From positions 52,038 to 116,037 of IMG/VR virus record IMGVR_UViG_3300006127_001273: 64,000 nt of DNA; one strand, given 5' to 3'. The DNA is from a virus (taxonomy: Duplodnaviria; Caudoviricetes). Under the pieces are notes generated by a model. The model searched no databases. It worked only from the letters and a program-made list of their open reading frames with translations, and was not told where the DNA came from. Of the stretch, positions 36,451-49,500 are shown piece by piece (position 1 is the stretch's first letter; each line of letters begins with the position of its first letter). Both the position numbers and the translations under genes were made by a program.

Positions 36451-37503
36451 TTAATTCAAATTATCCCAACTTGTACCGTTAAAAACCTGTAATTTTAAAG
36501 ACGAACTATTAAATAGAACTGAACCAGGTACTACACCCGTTAAATTATTTCTTTCAATAACAGAATATGACGGAAATACTATAGGTGCTGTCGGAACAAT
36601 ATTACCTCGAATAATACCGTCTGATATAATCGACGGAGCTGATATTGTTCTGTTAGAATTTAATTTTAAATTAACAGCATCATATGTTACAATTGCATAC
36701 GGTGTATTCAACGTAGGTTCTATCAGATTAATTTCAGCTACAACTGCATCTAATGTTATTGTATTATTAGAGATGTCAGTTTCATAATCGGAAATTTGTG
36801 TCTCATTTGAAATAATTTGGCTGTTAAGTTGAGCTATATGTGTTGTTCTATTTTGAGAAGGCGGTTGGGCTTGCCAATACGCCAAATCGGTTTGTGCCGA
36901 AGCCAATGCTGTTTGTGCTGTTGATAACTGTGAATTTAAAGTTCCAATATTATCCTCTAATGAACTTTGTTGGTTTAATAAATTTTGATAAAAAGAGTAA
37001 GCAGCACTAGCATTTCCGAGCACGTGAATTTGTGTAGAATCTATATTACCAGTTACATTCCCAGTTACATTCCCAATTATATTACCAGTTACATTCCCAG
37101 TTAAGTTACCAGTTACATTCCCAGTTACATTCCCAGTTACATTCCCAGTTAGCGAATTAACTGAAATCGTTATATTCTTTGTTGTATTATCAGTTGAGAT
37201 TGTAACATTATCGCCTGCTACAAAAGAAAGAGTTGTTTCTAAGGAATCAGCAATAACAGTATCGTGCCCTGCAACTTCAATTTTTGATATAGATCCTCGA
37301 TTCGGTTGGCTATTTGTAATTACAAATCTTCCTAGCGAGCCTGAGATTGCAATACCTTGCCCGGCTGAAATATTTGTTACGCTATTACTAATTGCTGAAT
37401 ACAGTTCAGTAAAATTAGAATTAACTTTTAACGCACCTTGTCTAAGAGTATCTCCGGTTCCATCATTGGGGGTTAATCCGACATTAATTAATTGCTGTGA
37501 CAT
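36451..37503 (-). CDS. Baseplate/fibre protein with gp9/gp10-like N-terminus
   Basis: QLINVG..PNDGTGDTLR....KVN.NF.ELY, GNVT repeats, coiled-coil segment. Confidence 0.75.
   Translation of the reverse strand: MSQQLINVGLTPNDGTGDTLRQGALKVNSNFTELYSAISNSVTNISAGQGIAISGSLGRFVITNSQPNRGSISKIEVAGHDTVIADSLETTLSFVAGDNVTISTDNTTKNITISVNSLTGNVTGNVTGNVTGNLTGNVTGNIIGNVTGNVTGNIDSTQIHVLGNASAAYSFYQNLLNQQSSLEDNIGTLNSQLSTAQTALASAQTDLAYWQAQPPSQNRTTHIAQLNSQIISNETQISDYETDISNNTITLDAVVAEINLIEPTLNTPYAIVTYDAVNLKLNSNRTISAPSIISDGIIRGNIVPTAPIVFPSYSVIERNNLTGVVPGSVLFNSSSLKLQVFNGTSWDNLN
37043..37150 (-). repeat. In-frame 12-bp tandem repeat (~9 units, GNVT)
   Basis: Plus-strand unit CCAGTTACATTC and variants; protein TGNVTGNVTGNVTGNLTGNVTGNIIGNVTGNVTGNI. 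Confidence 0.9.
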
Positions 37504-37508
37504 CTTTA

Positions 37509-40500
37509 TTATCCTTGGTCAAATGTATTTTTTGCATTATCAAACGATGCATTATATGTATCTAATGTAACTGTTGTTTTATTACTTTCATATTTATTGA
37601 TACCGGTATACCAAATACCCGGCGTTTCTTTTAAGAACAATGCGATTTTGTTATTATCATATAAAATATTAGTTGTAGAATCCCATTCAACGAGTGTTCG
37701 TTTGATTACTGTAACTCGTGTACCTACCGCAAGTAAATTTGTTAATCGAATTTCCTTACTAACCCCATCAACTGCAAAGTCCGCATCAAATCGGATGTCT
37801 CCTTCTGGGCTAGTCGGTGCTTGATTAACATTAAACATGCTATATGGCTCTTTTCTTAACCGTATGTTACCGATAAAGAATGTCCATCGTGTAGAATCAT
37901 CCCTAAAATATGATGAACTAGTATGTTCACTAATGCATCGATAGCTATAAGATCCCACATTAACAATTGTTCCAACTGTATAATGAACGTTTGATGCCCA
38001 TGTTAATGAATTATCGTATCCGCCAACAAATACTTCAATATCATTACATTGCTGATACCCTACCGGAATCGAAGAATACAACTCCCAATATTGGCCATTT
38101 GTTGGTACAATAGATGTTGGATTTACTGTACTAGCAACATATGATAACATGTTGACATAATAGTATCCGTTATACGATACTACATCATTAACCGAATACC
38201 CAACGGTGTTACTAAATGAACCCTTTAATGTATATCCATAATCAGTAAACCACGAATTGTTAACTGTTAAAGACGGTACAAAATTTATCGGAATTATATG
38301 ATTATGATTATTAGCATTAGTTATAGTATATTGTTCAACTATTGTATTATCTGCATACGGAATATTTTCATCTGATCCAATATCTTGTACATACGATCCT
38401 GCTTTATGTACAGGAGATACACCGGTACCTAATGTGCCTCTTCTTAGTTGTCCTAACACATAAAATATAAGAATACCGTTTTCTCTATGTTCATTTATAG
38501 TAAAGTATTCGATGCGTTCTCCTCGAATTTCAACTACACCTGGACGATTTTTTGAAGGATTTGGCAGCGTAAAGGTACTAGCATCAACTACTAATATTGT
38601 TGTGTCGTTATATAAAAGATCACTATATAATTTTGAACGTTTATTTAAACTTAATCTCTTATATTGATATCGATTTAACATATCTTTAAACTGCATGTAC
38701 GATATGCCCGATTCTAATATGTTATCATCAAATGTGATTAACGTAAATTCGTCATTAGTATTAGGCGCTGCTGCTAAAGTAACGCTACTTCTGTCGTCAT
38801 TTAATCTAAAATCAATACTTGGAGTTAAAATCTTAGAATTCCTAATAATCCAAATATAATCATCGTCAACTACTGTTCGTCCTAATTGTAGTTGTCCATT
38901 GAATATTTTTAAATGTGTAAAATAATCAATTGTATTTGGAGTTAAGGAATTATTAGTCGTTACGTTTATTGCTGTACGATTAATATTTAACACGTCATGT
39001 TTATAGAAACTAATAATTTCAACTAATTCATTATTATACTCAACATCAAATGTAATCGATGCCACCGACGATGTAGTTGCCGGAGTATAAAAATATCCCG
39101 GATGTTGTTTAATACTAATAGTCAACTCGGCACCAACATACTTTTTAGCAATAGTTTTTGTAATCTTAATTGACATATTACTGCCGTCGAAAATATAATC
39201 AGTATTTGGTTTTAATACCGCTGTTCCACTAATAATAACCGAAACATCATTGACGTCGGCGGTGTTAGGTAATGCAGCATCTGATGATATAGTATAAATT
39301 AAATCAGCATTAGTAGTTGCTTTCCTAATAGTGTGATATATGTTATTCGGTCCTTTTAGAATATCTTGACCGACCCGTACAAGCATATTAGATTCATATG
39401 GTTTTGAATCACCGATTGTATTCTGCAACGGATATACTAGCGATCCGTTAGTCTGGATAGTTTCGGATTCCATTATCGAATATGTTTGATCACTTCCGCT
39501 CACAATAATATAACTAATTTGGTCACCGACTGCTGGAGGAGTATTAAAGTTTATTCCTACTAATTTTGCAAGTTCATATGTGTCATCAGTCTCAAATATT
39601 TCATAATTTTTAGAACTTAACATGTTACCGTTGACAAAAATTGATATGGTTAATAAAGCTAACCAAGGTGCAGTAGTGATATATTGATCTGTCACTCCGT
39701 CGCCGACAAACGAGTTAAAGTCTAAAATATTTGATCCGCTAACCCCAAACGAAGTAATAGAAACAATAGTTCCAGTTATAGGAGGGTCAACTAATACTAC
39801 TGTTCTAACATTAAATTGATAATCTATAGTGTATTCATCCTTAGACAAAATCGTAACATTAGTATATTGGTTAGTAGGATTATCATACCCAGAAATTAAT
39901 TTAACCAATAATGCTTGTCTGTTATTAGGGTCTTGTGTAATCTCAAATTCTGTTCGACTACCGTCCCCAATAAATGTATCTGTTTTAATTTTTGCAGAAC
40001 CGCTAAAAGGACGATCATATACCTTAATTGCAACAGTATCAACAACTTGTCCAGGAACAATTTCTTCTGTTGCAGAACTAGTTGTCTGAGTAACGAAGCC
40101 ATCGCCATCTATAATAATGTCATCCGCTGCAAGCCCAGTTGCAGTAGTATACACCCCACCGATGTTAGATAATGCTCCGCCATTTATTGCAGTATCATAA
40201 TCGTCAGGTATAGGAGCCAACGATCCATCACTTGTACTTTGTCTAAAGATAAATGTATCTCCGATATGTACTGTAAATGTGTTCGGTACGCTAACTGTAG
40301 AAGTACGGCCGTCCATTATAATCGGAGGCATTATTGCATAAGGGTTATCCCACTGCGCATGTCCTATAAATCCAGGGTTATCTAATCTCACAGCGTTTAC
40401 TTTATTAGTACCGTTTGGTGCATAATATACATTAATTTCTGTTCCCGAAGCCGGAACATAAGGTAACGTAAAAGTATGTGTAACTGAAGTCAATGTTACA

Positions 40501-43500
40501 ATATAATCTGTAAATGTATCATCTGAACTGTCCCATCTATCACTAAAATATGGAGAACCGTCCCATCCGTAATACATGTCGAACCCGATTCCATTAACAG
40601 TTACCCCGCCGTAATCAACTCCGGACATTAACTGATCTAGGTCTTTACCTGTCTCACCTGTTGCAGGATCATAATAATACTGAATTCTGTCCGCTGCATT
40701 TAAAACCAACCAATCTTTAATGTAAGTAACTTCGATAATTGACCCTTTAATTGGGGCAGTATTAAATGTTATTAATCCAGAATATCTTGTATATCCTGAT
40801 GACTTCGATTTAACAACTGTCAATGTGTAATCATCTCTTAATACATTAGAACCATTTACAGTAACTGAAGAATAACCAACACGTACATCAGGAGCCCATG
40901 CTAAAGTAAATTGCTTCTTAGATCCAGTTCCAATTGCTGTTTCAAGTTCCTGTAATTCTGTTATAAAGTATTTTTGTGTAGTTCTATCAAACTTAATACT
41001 AATTAAATTAGAACGTACTACTCCGTTGCCTATTTTTGCAATTACTTTAGCAGGAGATCCCGAAGACGACAAACCACCGTTAATTTTAACTGTTGGTACA
41101 CTTAGATATTTTGAACCGCCATTAATCAGCACGATTCTATTTACAGTTCCTTTTGCAATATATGCAATTGCATGTGCGCCCGATCCACTATTACTAGTAA
41201 TTTCAACAGTCGGTTGGGTGATATATCCGTTACCGCCGTCGACTATTACTAATTCAGTAATACTAAATCCAACATTATCTGCCCAAAACTTCCACGGATA
41301 TGTTTCAGTTATAGTATCATATGACACAATTGTATCGTTCGAAACTTCTACTAATGCTGGAACTAATTTACCGTTTTCTAATACTGTCGGTAAGTCAAAA
41401 TCGGTTGCTGCTTGATAGTTAATATCTACTGAATTGTAATTACTTACGTATTCTCTAATTTTTGTTCTGTAAGGTTTTACCTCAGACACATATGATTGAA
41501 AATCAGCTAAATGATCATTATTGTACGTAACTTTTTGAATTAAACTACCAACATTGTGTTCAGCTTTGATAAAACTAGTTTTGAATATCCAGTCAACATA
41601 TAATTGTTCACTAAGGATATATCGTACAGATGTAAAGAATAAATTTAAGTACTCTTGAACTAAATCACCAACAAAGATATCATACTTAAATGCCTCAAAT
41701 ATGTATCTTAATTCAGTTGATGCATAATCGTCGTATACTTCTAAATCATACAATGAACTATCATACCCATACACAGTATTATCAAATTCGTACAACGACG
41801 AACTAAGTTGAATGGTACCATCCTGTAATCCAACAATACTATAACTTTGTGTCCAATCAATACTAGACGAGTCAGCATATTTTTCTAAAAGAACCCATTT
41901 ACCAGAATTATTAGTTAATACTTTAACTAAACTACCAACCAGTGAATATAGATCTTTTAATTCAATAAATGTGTTAACTACAAAATTAACTACTGTAAAT
42001 TGATTGTAACCAGGGGCATACCAATCAGTATAATTCCAGTATTGGGTTGTGTCATATGCCTGGGTATCAACTTTTGACCAAACAGTATTAATCGAATCAT
42101 AATAATAAATGCTCCACTTATTTTTTGCGGTTGAATCATTTCTTACTAATGTTGAATACGTTCTAACCGACAATATTGTACTACTATCATATCCAATTCC
42201 AGACGATATGATTTCAACTCCATTGATTTGCCCATACGAATTAATTTTAGTTTTTAAAATTGCACCAGATCCCGATCCAACTATGTCAATAAACGGAGCG
42301 TTAATATATCCTTTTCCTGCATCAACAATAACTATATCGATTATTCTGCCATTAACGATAGTAGGAACAATCGATGGCATTACAAAATCGCTAATATTAA
42401 TATAACTTAATTCTTCTACGGTATCAATAACTGTGTCATACACTCCGTCAACCGTCGTCGGTATTGGTTGTGCTGCCTCTAATCTTGATAAATCATATTG
42501 ATTAACAATTTGATGTTTAATTAAAACGCGATTTGCTTGTTCAATGACTTGCTTTAACGCTTCAAATCGATTAACAACCATACTTTGACGAGGACGATTC
42601 TCAACACCATATCGAATTTTCACCGGTAATTGTAAATCTGGAACGGTACGATTCTTTGCATCAGTACCACATAAACTATCGATCCACTTTTGTTCAATTA
42701 ATTCAGGTAATTTAGTAGTAGGATCAGTACTAATTAATTCCCACTGGCTATGAATATTTTGATCAATCTTGTCAATAATCCAGTATTGTACCGACAATAC
42801 TATATCGCTACTTTGTAGTAACGGTTTAACATTAAATAAACTAAATGAATTAACACCAGTAAAGGCAATAAATTCATACCCGTTACCGCGAGGGTTGCTA
42901 ATTAAATTAGCAACGTCATTTGCCGAAATATTTCTATTACTTACATCCGGTACTAATGTTTTATTTTTAACCCAAAAATAATATGTATTAGAAAACACCT
43001 CATTCAATTCATCATATTTTGTAATTATTGAGTATGCACTATTTCCATATAGGCTAGTACCACTAATACCTCTTGCTAGTCCAGCTGCTGTGTCAGTTGT
43101 TGCATCCCAATCCGATGGTAAAATTGATGATTCAACCCATTCATAAATATCGATACTTGCGCCCGGGAATAGTTGATTCCATGTGTTATTTCTATAAACT
43201 ACATCAGAATCATAACAGTTAAAGAATTTTGCAGTTCTTAAATCCCACCATAATTGCCCAACTTGTGCAGTCGTCCATGCTTGCCCTGAGCTACTAGGAA
43301 TGGTGCCATCGCTATTTGAATATACTGCCGGATCAAAATAAGATTTGTACGTTAGTTCTTCGTCGGCGACTCCTAAGATTTTACCCTGTAACGGGTCAAC
43401 GACATCAAGATGTGTGACTATCGTATCTGTTTTTTTGTTATATAAAAACGCCTTCTTTATCTTCTTTACATCAACTTTATCAATTTCTTGATTAACGATA

Positions 43501-46500
43501 GTCCATGTAAATGAATTAATCGGTTTTTTATATTCGTACACAATACCCGATCTAACATTAAGATCAAATCCGTATATAGAACTTAGAATAACAGTATCGT
43601 CGCCTGTTGATATACTGTATCCATATTGCGACTCGTTATCATCTAAATTGTCTAAACTTTCAGTAAATATCCAATACGAACCATATTGATCATAAATGTC
43701 AACGCGGCCTTCACCTTTAGTAGCTAAGGAGAATATTGTCGATTTTTCATCAAATGTTGTATTGTTTTCATCAAATATAATCGGATCATATCTTACCGAA
43801 CTACGACTAAAGACCACTAATGTATCAAAATCATTCATGAATGAAACGTAACTACCAAAATGCTGAGAAGTTTCGGGAGCTATATTAGTAATCTTTTGAT
43901 ATGGTACATATTGTGTATCTCCATATTCGTATATTTCTACTTTACCTTCATTAATTTTTAAACCGTCATATAATACAGAAGAAATTACAATGTAATCTGC
44001 TGCATAAGATACATCAACTCCCTGGCCAAATCCCAACCCGTCACCTTCTGTATCTGTAATAACTTGTGACAAATAATAACTTATACTATCGTCAGAATTA
44101 TATACAAATACTCGTCCCGGATTAACAGCACCTATTATAGATACACCTGCTGAGCATATTAATAACGTCGAAACATCTTTACTCATAGCCATACGATAAC
44201 CAAAATTACCGCCAATTGCAACATTATTATGAGTTATCCCTACTTTGTCTTGCCAGGTCCATTGAAGAATAACAAATTCTAATATACCGACCGGCTGACT
44301 GTCAGGTTCAACATCAGACTGAATTGTTGTACTATCAATTATCCTTGCTACAATTTGCCCGGTTGTAAATCCAGTCCCCACTATACTCATGCCTACTGCA
44401 ATTTTAGCAGTATTAGAAACTTTAATTATTGTACCATTACTTCCAATCGGATTATAATACACACTTGCATAAATCACCGGTTGGTATGTTAATTGATATA
44501 CTACCCCTTTACCGTTATTGCCGCCTGGAGCATTTATAAAAAATGTTCCATTACCAAAGGTTAAATTTGCACCAAATTGTTCGTTCTCAGCAGGCGATGG
44601 GCTAATAATGGTATCAACTAATGTAATGATGTTGTTATCGTTTACTTTATAAAGTGTTACTGCACCTTGCTTCATTAATGACGAATTAGTGCCGCCTGCA
44701 TCGACTGGAATATATTGTGTAATATTCCAATAATCTGCCCAAAGCGTAACTATAACACCATTTGAATTAGTGTCGTTTGTTAATGTAAGTTCGTTACCTT
44801 CAAATGTATCAGATACTGTAAATGCAGTATCACTTAAAATTCTTGAAACATAATAAACAACATCTGCAATTAAATTGCCAATAGTCTGCTTAAAGATAAT
44901 AGATTGCCCTGGGTTAGCTGGGCCTGATCCTAATTGATTAATAACTCGATTGTTACTAATCGCAGTAACTAAACAAGTCGGAGGATAGTCTTCTGGTACA
45001 TTTTGTGTTGCCTTATAAAATTCTCCCGAAATAGGATCACGTATAATATCCTTAATATTATACGATGATAAATGTTGCCATGCTCCTTTATATCGAGTGC
45101 ATACATGAGATGCTTGAGGAATACCAACCGCTACCCAATTATCTGCTGCTATAATCTCTTGACTCGAAATTGCTAATATATCACCAATATAATGATTAGT
45201 AAAATTAGGGTCGGTATAAGTTGATATAAATTCAGGCGGTACTGTTTGACGAACGAGCCACGATGAATTTAAACTTGCTTTGTCACGGACATAAAGTGTC
45301 CCGCTGTTGTCAGTTGTAACCAAAAAATCTGTTGAATTTGTGGTTGCAATGCTAAGACCGTATTGTGAAAAAGCATGAGGAGAAGTATTAATTATTATTG
45401 ATTGATTATATACTTTATTGTATTCCCAGGTTGCCCATTGGCCGTTTCCATTACCATTTTCATCTGTCCACATTAATTCATTAGGTAATAAATTGAGAGA
45501 AGTAATCGGCTCTGCAGAATCGATCGAGCTTGTCCGTTGACTAGTTAAGGTAAACACAACTACATTTGTTTGATCAGTGAACGTAACTGATGCAGGGGTA
45601 GACGATGACACTACATTAAACGCATTTAAATTAACCGATACTACTTTATAAAATCCTGCAAGACTACTATCAACTTGTTCTAAGGCAATTACTGATCCAA
45701 CTTGTACCGTAACAAGTGCATCTGTAGTAATTTCGAGTTCTTGCACACCGTTAACAATTACTCCAACAATATCTAATACATTCATATAGGCGCTTGAATA
45801 CCGATAGACATTCCAATCTTGTTTATCAAACCCACACCAAATATAATCTCCCATATTAATCAGAGACCATGCAGTTGATGTATCACTCGGTGCAACATTG
45901 ATATTATCTATCTTTGCAATATAAATTTTATATTTTCCGGTATGGTCGGCGGCGTAAGTCACAATATTAGTTGCATAGTATTGAACGCCGCTGTCCCAAA
46001 CTGTGTTAGTTAATAATGCATCAAGTGTGCCTATTGCAACTTTAACATCAGTTAATCTTGCGTACCCTGCAGATCTTAAGTAAGGATTAAAATTTGCTAA
46101 TACTGGCCACGGTGACGATGTATATCCTAAAGGCTTTAAATATACATCATTCGGAGTTTGTACTATTGTTAAATTATCAAGCGATGGTGACACAATACCA
46201 TATGTTAGTGAGAATGCCGCACCTGATCCTAAATTGCCGGAAGTATCTGTAATTGTCCCCACTGACGAAAACGATCCAGAATTTACAATTCGATTAATTG
46301 CAATAATTTTTCCTGTACTATCTGTTCTAACATTAAAGACGCAGGTACCAGTCGACGTTGTTACCGTTAAATTAAACTTTTCGTTACTTTCATATCCCGA
46401 TCCGCCATTTGTTATTTTTACATCTGTTACTGTGTAACTTAATGTTTGATATATTGGCGGTACAGTATCAAGAAGCTCTACACCTTGAGGATTATTATTA

Positions 46501-49500
46501 AATTTTGCTTCGTCTAATATAAATTCAATTTCATTAAATCCAGAATTTGCACCGTATTGGCCGACACGAACTGCCCATTCTTCGTAGAATTTTAAACTTT
46601 CTTTTCCTTCTTCTGTTAATACATTAAACAGATTATTAAAAACATTTTGTGTCCCTTTATCTCGAATCATACCTTGATAGAACTTAAATTCGGACACATC
46701 ATCCTGGATGATATTATCAAGATATTGTCTCTTTTGATAACCAATTAAATGATGCGCCATTGTCTGCTGATTACTATCAAAGTTATCGCTATCTAGACTA
46801 TAAAAATCAGTAAACTGACCTGCTTTATAGGTCCAATTTGGTATCAACTTAGGGCTCGGTTTTGACGACAGTTGAGTCCATTCTGATGGAGTAAACGCGC
46901 TAGTTCCTGGTAAAAATGAATTTGCACTATAATAAAATTGCTGATATTTTACAACATCACCGAGCTGATAATCTTGCCACTCAACCCAATTTTTAAATAC
47001 TGCTTGATCAAAGATAAATCCAGGGATGTTAAATGAACCATCCCAAACCGTACTAACATGCGCAGATACTTTAATTCGTTCTTGTCGATATCCAGTCGCC
47101 GGACTATAAATTAAATCATTAAAGATCGTTTTTTGATCTAACAAAATTATTTGTTCTTTTTGTACTAGATAGAAGGTTGCATTATAAATTCCATCATTCT
47201 CTTCCGGTGAGTAGGTAACTGTATTTTCGTTTCTATAAACATCAATAGTCGACGGATCAATAGGAGTCCCGTCAACTTTAAATATTTCGTAGGTGTAAAA
47301 CGGATTCGTGATGTCGTCAACTACACAATTGTTCGTTATAAATGTAAGACTTGCAGCCGCAGGGCTCAAAGAAATCACTGAACTGCCTATTGTACTCAGC
47401 CCTTCTAACTTAACAAAATCACTACTATTAAAATTACTAGAATTAATCGAACTACGAATCACTCGATAGTAATCACCCTCATATTGAACAATTGTTCCGC
47501 CTACAAATTCTATATTAGGTAACCATTGTTTCCATTTATCTTCACCAGTCGACCAATTCTGTGTTGTCCAGAACATGAATTCTTTAGCACTAGTTGTCCA
47601 GTTTGTAACTACACTTAATGAATCGCTAAAATTATCAAATCTAAATCCTTGATCTATCAACCATTGTTCATACCCTAATAGAAAATCAACAACATCTTGT
47701 ATTGTTCTTAACATGGTTCCATAAGACATAACAACAGGATTAGTTCTATTCCATCCTGTTCTTAACCGAGCTGAACATCCTCCGATAATCGGTAAGGTTG
47801 GTAATTTTTCATAGTATGCAGTATCTAGAGGGGTACTAGTATTAGTAACTAACACTCGATAAAAATTTTCATTGTATTTTACAATAGTGCCGGCATAATA
47901 TTCGTTTCCTGCAACCCATGTTGAAAATGTTTCAGATATCCCGCCTACAGTAACATTAATTCCGGTTACATTCCATTGATAATATGTAAAATACGGATCA
48001 ACTTGACTATATCCTTTAATCTCAAATCCATTTGCTAACTTTGTAATAATTACACCACTATATGTAATCTTTTTAACAGGCGAAGAACTATTTAAAATTA
48101 ATGTATAGTTTTCGTTAGGAACAAATACTCCACCTGTTGATAACGGAGATCTCGAATCTAATATTAAATTAAATTGTTCTTTACTACTAAATGCACCTGC
48201 TCGATAAGATAACTGTGCATTAATATTGTTCAAATCATATATGTATTGAGTATATGCAGTTAAATCTAATCCCACAATATAATCAGTAAGATAATTGATA
48301 ATACCCGAAGTCTGAATTTTAGTTGCGCTAGAATAGATACTCGGTATTGCAATGGTAGAAGGGTTAACTCTCAATCCAGTGTCAGAGTATATTAGTTGTC
48401 CGGCTAAATTTCTAATGACCCTCGACCGATCTAATAATGTCCCAAAAGTTTTTGCAGGATGCATTAGCATTGCTGTAATTAAAAAACTAAATGGGTAATC
48501 TGAGCTTCTTCTCCATGCCCCTTCTACCGGTCCTTGATCACCAAAAACAAAATCATCAGCAATTGAAGCTGTCACTGGACCAGTTGCCCATCCAGCTGTT
48601 AACGGATCTAATAATGTGCCGTCGCTATCAACAGGAATTCGATTGATTAAATCCGGTCTCACAAAGTTAAGAAGTTTGATCGTTGGAACATTTGGTTGCC
48701 TAACAACACCGTCTGTTAAATCTTGCCACATGATTAAATTATCACTAGTATATGGTGCTGAACCATATACTTGTTCCCACCAAGTCGGTTTATCATTAAA
48801 CCCTAACATTTCCCACGGTGTTTGATCAGGACTATCGGTATCTAGAACATAATTGTAAATTCCTCTCCAATATCCTGGACAACTTGTGCTGTTTGGAAGA
48901 TCGAAATCTTTATAATTAAATGTTAAACTTATAGTACGATCAAATTTAATATTCTGCGTGTAGTCAGCCCCTACGACTTTAACCCATTTATAAAAATTAG
49001 GCGCTAATATTTCATTAAATTCAGTTAAGCTATATTCGGTTGTTCTATTATAACCAGGAATAATATCGTAGATATCAAAAATACTAGAATCATATTTTAC
49101 CTTTATATTGTTGTAAATTCTTTTTTCTAATTCTAATAAAATTGCATCACGGAAATCTGTAAACACTCCATTTACAATTTCACCATACAGCACAGTATGA
49201 CTGCCGTCGTGCCCTTGAATCATCCATGTTGGATTCAATAATGCAGTATCTAAATATGCTCGAGGGTCGTATGTTGGCCATATACCTAACTTCGACGGTG
49301 TAGGTGGAACAAAACATCCGTTTGTACTGTCATATTCGTTGATGGTTATTATATCGTCGTTATGCAATTCTGCAGATATTATAACAAATCCTTGATCATC
49401 AAAAGAATAATCATGTTCATACAACAATTGTGTTCCATTCAAATATACTAATACCGCCGTTGTCGATAATGAATCTAAAGAAAAAACGTTGCTTAATGGA

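Noticed and set aside
37043-37150. CRISPR-like array
   Set aside because: 12-bp in-frame coding repeat without spacers; no cas genes.
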